A DNA stretch of 63,951 bases, counting the filler, from Octopus bimaculoides (taxonomy: Eukaryota), in NCBI RefSeq assembly GCF_001194135.2. It is 6 parts of 5 records of this genome, joined end to end, with 100 filler letters (N's around TTAATTAATTAA, not from the genome) between each part and the next. Parts side by side here need not be neighbours in the genome. Positions count along the whole stretch, not along the records: positions 49,589 to 62,686 come from NC_068988.1; positions 62,787 to 63,951 come from NW_026333574.1; 4 more parts are not named here. One strand, written 5' to 3'. Shown piece by piece: positions 52,598-63,951 of this stretch; position 1 is the stretch's first letter; every line of letters starts with the position of its first letter. Position numbers and translations under genes: made by a program. The notes under the pieces are model-generated. The model worked only from the letters and a program-made list of their open reading frames with translations, made no database searches and was not told where the DNA came from.

Positions 52598-52941
52598 ATG
52601 TTAATACCAGTTCGAATATGCGAAGAGCCTGTTCGAACTTCACCATTTTTTTTAATGAAGATTGCTCACTGTAGACATATGGTGTAAAATATACTCAAGT
52701 CAGCTACCAGCGCCACCTATCCAGAGTGTGGTTAACTTGTGTTATCTTCTGTACTCTCACATAAACCGGGCGGAAAATACTCCGAAATGTTTGCATTTCA
52801 CAGTCTGGATAGATGGCGCTGCGAGCTGATTTGGGTGTATCTTATACCATATGTCTACAGTGAGCAGTAGTTTTTTTCCAGCACAAAATACGATGAATGG
52901 TTTGTTTACAAGTCCGAACGCGCTCGAACTGGTATTAACAT
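52598..52941. repeat. Nested inverted repeat (MITE-like): outer 18-bp perfect IR, inner 68-bp IR
   Basis: Outer ATGTTAATACCAGTTCGA at 52598-52615 and 52924-52941. Inner arms 52663-52730 and 52799-52866 match at 59/68. A decayed extra right half lies at about 53140-53250. Confidence 0.85.
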
Positions 52942-53273
52942 CACATTTTACTAATCACCACTTAGAGCACTGACTCCTAAATGTTATTACGATCAGCCAT
53001 CGACTTGCGCTACCAACCATATTATGTTAACTAAAAAGATATAAGAAATTGTCTTTCCTACTAGCTCGCAGCGCAACCGCTCGCATTATATGACCACAGA
53101 GGTGCTTGCATTACCCATGCTTGAGTTCACAGGTGGTACTGCAAGCTGATTCGGGTGTCTTTTGTATCTACGGCGAGAAATTGTCACCATCACAAAACAC
53201 AGTGAATGGCTTTTTCTAACTGGTATTAACTGGCATTAACATTACTAATTTATTATTGCTGGGCAATCATAGA

Positions 53274-53325
<52 letters not shown>

Positions 53326-53653
53326 NNNNNNNNNNNNNNNNNNNNNNNNNNNNNNNNNNNNNNNNNNNNNNNNNNNNNNNNNNNNNNNNNNNNNNNNNNN
53401 NNNNNNNNNNNNNNNNNNNNNNNNNNNNNNNNNNNNNNNNNNNNNNNNNNNNNNNNNNNNNNNNNNNNNNNNNNNNNNNNNNNNNNNNNNNNNNNNNNNN
53501 NNNNNNNNNNNNNNNNNNNNNNNNNNNNNNNNNNNNNNNNNNNNNNNNNNNNNNNNNNNNNNNNNNNNNNNNNNNNNNNTTTTTTTTCTCACAGCTTCAT
53601 TACGATGCCTGTATTTAGAAAGTTTAATGACACACACGCACTTACGCGCACAC

Positions 53654-53695
<42 letters not shown>

Positions 53696-56600
53696 CACCC
53701 ACACAATTCGCATGTACTTACACGTATACAACTACGGAACATATACTACAACATACAGACTGAAGGTCTGAATGAGCGAGCATCTGTATGGTCACCGCAA
53801 TTGTAAAGAATGGTAGTCATTTTATCATTGAAGTCATGCCCTATTTGATTATGTATATTTATATGCATGAATATACAAGACAATGAACGTGAAGACCTAC
53901 AAGAAATACGAGTTATATATAAATTTTAAATAACCTCAAAATTCAGTGAAAACGATTCCTCAGACGCATTTGTGGTCAGTGCACATGGTAAAATCCTCAA
54001 AATATTTTCGGTTAGAATGCTTTTATTCATACCCACCCACACATACAACATATACACACACGCAAAACATATACACATACACACCATATGCTAAAACTCT
54101 CACGCACTGTACAACAATCTTGGGTGTGTCACCCTTTTGCAATATCGTGTCCTCTATTTCCTCTATCTTCCCTTCTGTTGCTCTGTCTCCCTTTGCCACT
54201 CTTCCTCCCCCTTTTCGTTCTATATCTCTCTCTCTCTCTCTTTCTTTCTCTCTCTCTCTCCTCACCCCCTATTTCTATTACTTTTAAGAGGCACACTGGA
54301 TAATCTGGAAACGTTGTTTGAAATTTTTATCTTCCAATCTTTCTTTTTTGATACCTCGAAATCGATTTCAGTCGCAATCTGTTATTTTCACACTTATCCT
54401 CACTGTATACATTTTAAAACTACATTCCATTATGAATCAATCTGTGCTTAACAAAAATTCCTTTTATACATATTGCTGTATGTTATGTAGTACAATAAAA
54501 TTATTGTACACGATTATCTCTCAAGCATGCCTATAATAATCCTAAGGTCTTTGACCTTTTATCCGCGTTCCGCACATTACCGTGTTCCGCATATTTCCAA
54601 GTTATCGCAGGCTATGCCACCCTACCACATCACCTAACATATGCCCTTACATCCTGTCGTTTCCAAGATCATAAAGATAATAGCCATGTCTTCCTACGTA
54701 GTTCTCAATGTTTCACAGAAATATTTTATATCAGAGGCAGTTTCTCACTTTATACTACGCCATCGGAAGCGTAGATCAGAGCAAGAGTGTGAATGATGTC
54801 AAAGAAAGACATAGCAAAGTTGCATAGCAAAGATTTTATATGTATACAGGTGAGCATAAATACATACGTACATACAGGTGTGCATAAATACATAGCTACG
54901 CACATATTTACATGCACATGTATATGTATGGATGTATGACACGACAATGGATTTTTATGATGTTACCACATTTCATTGACAAAGAGTCGGTGCAATTCGC
55001 AATGTTGTACGTATGAAGGAGATGCATACATAATTGCACGTTTAAGGACACTTGTTGTTCAAATGTCCATCTGCCGGTAGGTAGATGTTTAGATTTTATG
55101 TAGTCTGATCAATTCCCCTAATGTAACAGAAATATGAGTTCATTATTTNNNNNNNNNNNNNNNNNNNNNNNNNNNNNNNNNNNNNNNNNNNNNNNNNNNN
55201 NNNNNNNNNNNNNNNNNNNNNNNNNNNNNNNNNNNNNNNNNNNNNNNNNNNNNNNNNNNNNNNNNNNNNNNNNNNNNNNNNNNNNNNNNNNNNNNNNNNN
55301 NNNNNNNNNNNNNNNNNNNNNNNNNNNNNNNNNNNNNNNNNNNNNNNNNNNNNNNNNNNNNNNNNNNNNNNNNNNNNNNNNNNNNNNNNNNNNNNNNGTG
55401 CATGCATGTCCCTCTATGTTTTATGAACATGTGCGTCTACAAACATATAGCGATTAATATATATATATACATACACATACACACTCGGCACATTAATTCA
55501 AATCTACTAGAAAACACATTTATCAGTATGCATAACTGTGTGTATAAGTGGAGTTCTCTTGTTTATTTTATATTGCCGTTAGCACTAGACACGTCCGTGT
55601 TCATCAGTCAGTATAATCTGCAAATAATTTTCCTGCAGTCCATATTCCAAAGTTGCTCAAAACTCTTGTATATAAAAACAAATAAACATATAAGGTAACC
55701 TAATTTAAAATTTGAAAAGATAAAACTGTAAATAAATCAAACGTTGGAGATATTTTAGTTCGCATTATTTTTTTTCTGTTTGAGGTTAGGATAGGTTTTC
55801 TGTTGAATATATTCTACAACTCGTTGTTTTCTTTCTTTTCTATAAAAATAATTACTTGGTCGGGCACTATAAAATTTATGCTAATTTTAAAGACAGTATT
55901 GCATCTTTTTAAATCTTCTATCTCTAAGAAAATGTTAAAAAAATAATACGTTTACTTTCACTGATTAAATATAATTATAGATTCATGTTTTAAGTTTCTA
56001 ACTACACTGCTGTTAGTATTGAAAAATTTCGTTTACTTTGCAATTTCAGTATTCCATTGTATCTGCTAATTTACCGATACAAAACAGAGGTTACAGAATA
56101 CTGATGAATTTGAATGACATAACAGAGAACATTTCTAACAATTCGTACAGTTTCGCTTCATCTGATAGTATAGTATATTTGACAGTTGGTAGGCAAGGAA
56201 ATAGTTGTGAATAAATGATGTGAGGGAGAACGCGTTCGGGTAAAATAAGCAGAAAGTGGCCGCTAACCCCATGATGGTCACTACCTATTATAAACAGAAT
56301 CCAAGGAACATAAACGGACATCCCTATCATCAACCGCTTGAACATAGTTCCGTGCATACGATGCAATCAATACCTCAACAATACCTTGTACATTCTGTAC
56401 CCTAAAATGCAACTGATCTTAAATCTATATATATTGATTGTAATTGTGTATACTGTTGATACTATATATGGTATACGCATTCTTCTCGAGTAATCTATCA
56501 AACATTATTTGCTGATGTGAATCTTAGAAGATAACATGCAATAGATACATAAATACCTTATTGTATTTAGTTGCTGTTCATTTGTCGTATAATAAAAATA

Positions 56601-59529
56601 AAATTATATTTTTGACGGAGGCGGCTGACACACACAGTCAAGAATTGAATGCTTATTTTGACAGTCTTCTTCAGTTATAGTTGACATTTCTTAGTAGTCA
56701 TTTAAGAATGACTCATTACTTGAAGAGCTAAAATATATTAAACGTCATTTTAACGAGGTTTTGTGTATGCCCTGGTGGAAATGTATTATTTCTAACAGAC
56801 AGAGCGATGACTGCGTAAGGGACCCTATTTTGAATCGATATTGGTTTTGTAGTAGATTTATTTGACCTGAAAATAATAGACCTCCAACGTTTTCTCAAAG
56901 ATTCAGATAAAGAGTAAGATAAAACTATCAAATTTAGAATAAAATGTTTATTGCTGAGACACGTCAAAAATAAAGCCAATAATGTAAGATCTCGAACAAT
57001 ATTTATACCGCCCAATATTAAAGGAAGACGAGCGTTTTCCTCGTGACGTAAGGAAGCAAATATTCTTTCAAACTTTGGCAAATCGGCAACAATTTTGCGT
57101 GGAGGGAGACAATTCAATTATATCGAGCCAAATGCTTACCTCCTAAAGCAGGAAAGACTAAATCAACATTGGTTGTTTTTTGTTTTTAAGCCAGATTAAA
57201 AAGTTACGAAATATATTCCACCGACTAGTTTTTAGCTGTTAAACAACATAAAAGTAAATCTAAATGTAAACTGTATGTATTTTCGTATTCTGGAAATGGT
57301 TATTCATAAGGTCGGTCATTTATTGTACAATTACAATGCGGGTACGTAGCCTGTCACCTGGTAACATACCATACTCACCCGATCATTGTGGATTTATTCT
57401 GCTGGGAGTTTGCAACAAAATTACTAATCGATTAATAACCCAGAATTTGGGGTTTCTTTTCACTTCTCCCTTCTTACTAGTCACGGATCCTATCCAAATT
57501 GTTTTTTGTACTGCTGTTCCTAATATGACGAAGTCATCATATTTTACGAGAATGTATTAAACCTAATTCTGCTTCTCTAACTTCGTTGTTTAGTGGATTT
57601 AATTCAACACAGACACAGCATCATCCATTATCTTATCATGAACCTTCTGTATCTTTGTGAATGGTTGCCCACTCATATTAAAATATATAGGTACACCTTG
57701 TATTACGGAAACATTAAGTTTCAACAAATCTCATCCATTTATATGTATCCATAACAGGAAGTATGTTTATCATCGGTTTTATTTTCACAAGGAAATTTAT
57801 GGTAGATGTGCTTTATGTTACGGAATTAATTGTTATGGTAAGCTTTTTCAGAACATAGCACTTTCGTAACGTCGGTGCGTTTGTATATTTTGAAATAGAT
57901 GCTCCGCTGTACGTACATCTATCATATTGGTGCACAACGGCAGACAAAAGCGTTTATACATAACTACATGCTTTTGGGAGCGGTATATACGAAGATTAAT
58001 AACTTCCGTCACCAAAATCAATTATAAAAAAATAAAACTGTAGACGATATTTGCATCCTTTCTACATATATGCATCGTTTCTAGATAGGGAAGGCCAACA
58101 GGGAAGTAAGCATTGTTATAATTGAAGTAATACCATGAATTTTGCGCTTGCATATGTACGAACACAAATTACACAAAACACAAGAAACGCAATAACAGAA
58201 TTTATGGAACCCATTAATAAGGGCTTTGCTTTCTTTAGTTTCACACCTTAAATTCTAAGTTCAAGTCGGTACCAAATTAACTTTAACATTCATATCTAGA
58301 TAAAAAATGAATAAAATGCCAGTAATTTATCTCCTACATTTTGATTTAGTCTACTGAAATGAAGAGATTCTACCGCAAATAATCAAATAAATATGTTTAA
58401 GAAGCTTTAATAGATAGTGTCAGTAGTTTACATTCCATCACACACACACGACTGTAACCTCAACAACAGCACATGGTCTATTCATGTCAAGCGGCTACCA
58501 CATTCGAAGATGGGTTGACCAGTTCTGAAAGTTTGAGGGCTGCGTATTAATGATTTGTTATATTCAAAAGCTGGTCCTATATCTTCCCACGAATCAGCTA
58601 CCATACAGAGAGATACGGTTTTCTTTGGGTGTCTAGTCCATGTTCTTGTTCGTCCTTGTCATCCCTGTTCTTTCAGATCTATGATCAAAGATGTACCTTT
58701 GATCCACTTTCAGATATTAGTATAACTGTGAGAAGATTTTCTAAAATTCTTCAGCTATCTTTAGATGGAAGGATACCGTCTTTGGTTCCAAGTTGTAGTC
58801 GCTGCAATATTCAGTTTCCCTCGATATGATATCTTATATTTTGTGACTAACCGAGTGAGTAAATAAGAAACCGTAAGAAGAAATACATTTTTCCGTTTCT
58901 TTAATTACGTATTTATTCCTTTCGGGCATTTTGAAATTGTCACACAGTTTTTAAGTCAGTAGTGCATCCTAATAGCACCTAAACCACAATGTCTAATAAA
59001 CCAAAATTATGCCCGAAACATATTACGTCGTTGTGACACAATTATGATTTCACTTTCTTTAGAAATTTATAGCAGAATAACGCTCATGAGTATTTATCGC
59101 ACGTCTTCTCAAATAGATGTTTTATTTGTAAGTCGGAAGACAATAATCAACACAACAATGAGATCCGATAAACAGATAGCTGACGCAGAAATATAAAATT
59201 ATGTACTTGCTATATTTTCTGATTTAAAGCTGTTTTAGATATTAACTTAGTAAATGCTTTTCATGAAAAAACATATTTTAGTAATTTTCTGAACAACGGG
59301 ACTGTACTATTTTCCTTTTCCGGCAAAAGCATAACTCGAAATTTCTAATTCTTTCTTCCATGTTTACACACAGATTTAACCTTAAGGATAAACTTTAATT
59401 TGAGAGATCATAATAAAACCTTAATCTCTCAATCTTGTTCAAAATTATCTTTCGTAATGGCTTTAAAAATATTAAAAAATATTACACGTTGATATTAACA
59501 TATATTTCCCTTCATATATACTTCTATCT

Positions 59530-59684
59530 AAGGTGGTGTATCTAAGGCAAAATACTTTGGGGTATTTCATCTTGTCTTTACGTTCTCAGTTCAAAATCTG
59601 CCGAGGTTGACTTTGCCTTTCATCATTTCTGGGTCCATGTAATCAACTTACCCTGATATTGCTGGTTTTGTGCCAAAATTCAAA
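59530..59684 (+). mobile_element. SINE family B, internally deleted
   Basis: ttacgttctcagttcaaaatctgccgaggttgactttgcctttcatc. Confidence 0.65.
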
Positions 59685-59760
59685 TCACATATGTACTTCT
59701 GTCTAGTTAGCATTTTAATCCTTCCTCAATTAACTAACTTTATTAGTTTTCCATTTCGCT

Positions 59761-59957
59761 AGAGACACAAAGCCAGAGATTTAGGGAGGAGGCAAGACTA
59801 TTTATCTACCCCAGTAGTTGAGTAGTATTTAATTTATCGACCCTGAAAGGAAAAAAGGTAAAGTCGACGTAAGCAGAATTTGAAATCTCAACGTAAAAAC
59901 ATAACGGAAGAAATGCTGCCAGCATTTTGCCCGGTGATTCTGCCAACACACCGCCTT
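59761..59957 (-). mobile_element. SINE family B, decayed copy
   Basis: atttatcgaccctgaaaggaaaaaaggtaaagtcgac..attctgccaacacaccgcctta. Confidence 0.65.
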
Positions 59958-61308
59958 AATTACGTTTATTAGTTATAATGCAGAATATTATTCTGAATCA
60001 CATAACTGCTTAAGGCACAAACAATTTAATAATTAGTATTGCGAGGCACTACATTGCTGAAATAATCGATAACTTCTTTTTTCCAGTAGGCTAGTACTCA
60101 AGTAAGGAAATCACCATAAAACACCAAATATGATGCATATCACAGGTAGTTCAATATGGCCGAGTGCAGATAGCAGAAAATCTATAATTGGAGCGTTGAA
60201 ACATACAAATAATAAGACGCAGGTGACATCCCACCATCTAGAAAGAAGAAATCATTTAGTATTTATATAATAACTGATATGCTAGAAACAAAAGGAAAAA
60301 CCAGACTAAAATAACACCTCAACATCTAAGAATCGTACATTCGCAATGTAATATTAGACATGGATATATCCGACATAAGGTCTGGTTGGAAAATTTTCGA
60401 TAGTGGCTGCATTCTGTGTGGGCTGAATTGAATCTTGACAACTACAATGACAATAGAAAGAAAACTGAGAATGCATCATTGTAATATATTTGTCCTAACA
60501 TTAGCTACGTCAAATTCACATTATACGTACTATTATTTGTTTTTGTCTAGTTGAACGTAATCAACACAGAGCAAATATCAGTTATTGATTTTGTGTTTCA
60601 ACTAATTCTATTAAAATGGAATTAACTTGTTGAGAATGTTACAGTCAGTTTCATTACAGATGATAATTTTGAATATCATGTTTATTAGAATGATAAAAAT
60701 ATTTAGTGATGGTAGCGTAACAACTGTTTCAAACAAAACAAAATAGATTGCCTAAAAATGAAGTATTTTACAAAACATTGCCCAGTGTCTAATTGGATTA
60801 TAAAATTTATATTATTTCTGTTTTTCATTGTTTCTCTTGTGTTCATATTACAATTATGAATTAAATTATAACTGTAATTAAATAGTTTAGAATAAAATAT
60901 TTGCGTGGCTTTGGGCACGAGTTTCTTTGGGCAAAGTACTTCATTATATTACGAAGCTTTTTATTCCTGTGTTTTTTTTAAATCTTAAATATGATGATGT
61001 AGTGAAAAATATCTGCATGTAATGGTTTAAACTGCTAGACCTGGTGATCTAGTCTCACTTAAATATCACTTGTCAACTTAATAGAAAGGAACAAGTAAAC
61101 GAAGGAAATATGCAGTTTGTGGCCACAACTAACTTGTGGCTGTTCTTTCAAAGATGATAGTATATCATCTGAATCTCTAAGAAGGCATACAACCAGCAGT
61201 TCGGAATTTTACCCTTTACTGGAGATTTCCTTTTGCTTGACTTTCTGAGGGCAGATCTTATATCCTCTACCTTGATACCCTCCCCCCACACACACACTTT
61301 TTCGCTTT

Positions 61309-61590
61309 TCAGGAGTCAGTAGATATCATATCAATCCAAGGGACCTTTTTATTGTTTTTTCCTTCTGCCCAAGTTTTATTCTCAAATTCTTGGACTTCTT
61401 TCGATGGGATAGACTCTACTGTAATTTTCATCTTCCCTATCTTCCTGTAAAAATTATTTGGGCTATTTTTTAACATGTTGTGTTTCAAGAATCTAAAGCG
61501 CTTTCCATACATTGCTACGCGTGAACCTTTAGCACATACCCTTTGCTTATTAGTTCCTATGGTGGTATCGATGTCAAATAAGCTTTTCAT
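61309..61590 (-). mobile_element. Decayed R4/Dong-type pre-RT fragment
   Basis: KQRVCAKGSRVAMYGKR..NML..NNFYRKIG..PSKEVQEF..W resembles the KQRLxAK..RY..FYRxL..P..E..FW region upstream of RT in this clade. Confidence 0.55.
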
Positions 61591-61790
61591 ATATTTTTCT
61601 TTAATTTTCGGATTTTTGTTGGGTTGATAGTCTTTTCAAGCTTAAGGTATTTCAAACATTCTATGTCAGACCTAAGTAGCTGAATTGTGCGTTGAATACA
61701 CTCTTGCCGAGTAGATTTTCGTCCCCACCCTTATGGCAGCCTCTATTTGTTCCATCTACTATTGTTGTTGTTGTTGTTATTATTATTATT

Positions 61791-62090
61791 CAGTAATTTT
61801 ATTTTTATAACGTGCTTTCACTTCACTACCGAGCGCAGCTCCGTGTGCCTTGGGTATGTGCTGTGGTTTGCTGTGACGCTCTTATGGTGACTGTATTGAA
61901 AGTGTTTTGCGTAGGATGTTTGCAGTGCCCAGTAGTGCAATTTTCTGTATGTTATATATATTTGTAAGTCCTGGTGTTTTTGTTATGTATTTGTCTGAAT
62001 ATTTTTTTATTATACCTAAGGCACCTACTATGATAGGAATTGTCTCTGTTTTTAGATTCCACATTCGAGTTACCTCTATTTCCATGTCTT
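61791..62090 (-). mobile_element. 5'-truncated R4/Dong-type 3' end with 3' UTR, flanked by (TAA)n on both sides
   Basis: DMEIEVTRMWNLKTETIPIIVGALGIIKK..IQKIALLGTANILRKTLS; nearly identical to the end of the 25996-26447 copy. Confidence 0.85.
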
Positions 62091-62104
62091 ATTATTATTA
62101 TTAC

Positions 62105-62135
<31 letters not shown>

Positions 62136-62139
62136 GAGT

Positions 62140-62600
62140 GAGTGAGAGAGCACTGCATGCCATCGAGTGACAGTGGAGTACAAATATCAGTGGCGTACAA
62201 ATGATCAGACGTGCACATATCTTCAGCCCCGAAGGGACATACTCAACTGACTAAAGTCAAACAACTGGCAAGCAATTCTGTGGTACTGCGCAGAATATTT
62301 GCTGTTGCCCAAAACAAAACAATGCACATGATATGATGACATTTCGAATTAGTTACGGTCAGAAGCCATGAGAGCCGCTGCCTGGGAATGCATCAGGGCA
62401 ATGCTCCCACACTACCGCTCGTGACACGAGATACACATATCATCAGCCGCTAAGGGACATGCTTAATAGTTTAAGGTCAAACACGTGACAAGCAAATCCG
62501 TAGTATTGAGGAGATTATTTGCTGTAGCTCATCTTTTATACCAAGACTATTCAATGTATATGATAACACTTTCAATAACTTAGAATTAGAAGCTATGAGA
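62140..62600. repeat. Two tandem diverged copies of an unclassified repeat block
   Basis: cacatatc(t/a)tcagcc..aagggacat..aa(a/g)gtcaaac..caagcaa..gaatatttgctgt at about 62215-62310 and 62435-62530. Confidence 0.6.
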
Positions 62601-62603
62601 GCC

Positions 62604-62685
<82 letters not shown>

Positions 62686-63074
62686 CNNNNNNNNNNNNNN
62701 NNNNNNNNNNNNNNNNNNNNNNNNNNNNNNTTAATTAATTAANNNNNNNNNNNNNNNNNNNNNNNNNNNNNNNNNNNNNNNNNNNNGAGAGAAAGAGACG
62801 GAAGCGCAAATGAACGAAAAATACATTAAAATAACAAACAAGTGGTAAGTTCAACATCAAGATTATAAGTTTAACACGCAGAAAAATAAGTAGAAAGCCT
62901 TAATTAACTTGTTATGGATATGGTTAGATTGAATAGGACTGTTTCATGTGGAAACCATAATGATTTTTAATACAGCAGCTGATGATGGGTTTATTATTTC
63001 CATTTGAATTAAAATAATTTCCATTGTAGTGTTTGTTTTCTTCCCTTTTTGCATTTTCTATTTCGTATATTCAT

Positions 63075-63200
63075 GAACTGAAGGCAAGGATTATGGCAGC
63101 ATTCATTAACTTGAACAGAGAGACCGTCCAGAAGAGTTGCAGGAGATTCTGAAGTCGTCTGGAAGCCATGGTTGAAGCCAATGGCGATTTTATTGAATAA
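63075..63200 (+). mobile_element. Tc1/mariner-superfamily transposase C-terminal remnant
   Basis: ELKARIMAAFINLNRETVQKSCRRF*SRLEAMVEANGDFIE*. Confidence 0.7.
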
Positions 63201-63324
63201 ATTTACTCTTTAGTATTTCAAGATATTATTATGTAATTTTGGTAAATATATCTGTTAAAATGAGATGTCAGTTCTATTTTCATTTTTGCATAATTTTGAC
63301 GACAATATATTCAACGCAACCTGC

Positions 63325-63374
<50 letters not shown>

Positions 63375-63951
63375 ATGCGTGTGTAAGAAATGGCATAAAA
63401 ATGAGCGTTACCTATTTCTTTATTTGTGCATGTAAGACTCACAGCTATTTCTGATATATATCATATATGCTTTCATGATTCCGTTTTGTCAATAGGTCGA
63501 TTGATCCTGAGATAAAACTGAACGATTTTAAAAACTCGCACTGTGTATTCTGTGCGTAGAGTCGAAGATGATAGTATTTCTTAAGACCATTCTAATTTTT
63601 CAATCGATCAATCGATCAATCGATCGATTGCGTAAATAGGAACTACGAACGCACCTCTAATGATTAGCAGAAACACATGTAAGTCTATAATGCACAAAAA
63701 AAAATATGTAAGGACTAATATTTATGCACTTTCTTGCATATCACTCAGTGAAAAATGTCATATCAAATGTGGAATCCAATCTTGAATGACTAAGTCGACC
63801 GAGGACGAACTTCAACTTCGGTTCAAGTTTTATTCTTGCCTGGAGTTCTAAACTTTTTTAAGAGAACATGAAAAGTAGTTTTTCACCAGATTTATAATTA
63901 CTTATAAATAACTCAACATACATTTGCATATATATGTATCTGTGTGAGTAG

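Noticed and set aside
56100-56260. Minus-strand HNYFLAYQL as a possible TM2 exon
   Set aside because: Lacks the SLAxADxxV..MP continuation and the upstream GN motif; the frame closes with a stop.
62215-62450. Minus-strand CTGAAGA/CTGATGA in the tandem repeat
   Set aside because: No helix II closing onto a GAAA.

Overview
AT-rich, microsatellite-dense animal DNA with about 15% N gaps. The repeat content is most consistent with an octopus genome (inference from SINE/LINE types and microsatellite load). The only host gene evident is the large terminal coding exon (22919-24051, minus strand) of a 5-HT2-type serotonin GPCR, covering ECL1/TM3 to the C-terminus. Its TM1-TM2 exon(s) were not found, so everything above 24052 is probably a long intron unless those exons lie in gaps. 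The rest is decayed mobile DNA: L1/Tx1 and R4/Dong-type LINEs, mariner/Tc1 fragments, MITE-like hairpins and several tRNA-derived SINE families. Most notable: (i) five minimal type I hammerhead-ribozyme-like motifs of the Penelope/retrozyme kind in two repeat families. One has a complete catalytic core directly downstream of a tRNA-type Pol III promoter; the other family mostly carries a non-A base at core position 6. (ii) A 91%-identical 75-bp intronic inverted repeat about 160 nt from the receptor's splice acceptor, beside an exon that keeps the ATA-CGT codons edited in mammalian HTR2C. (iii) A Y5.58N substitution at a conserved GPCR activation switch. All functional claims are hypotheses; nothing was searched or computed.
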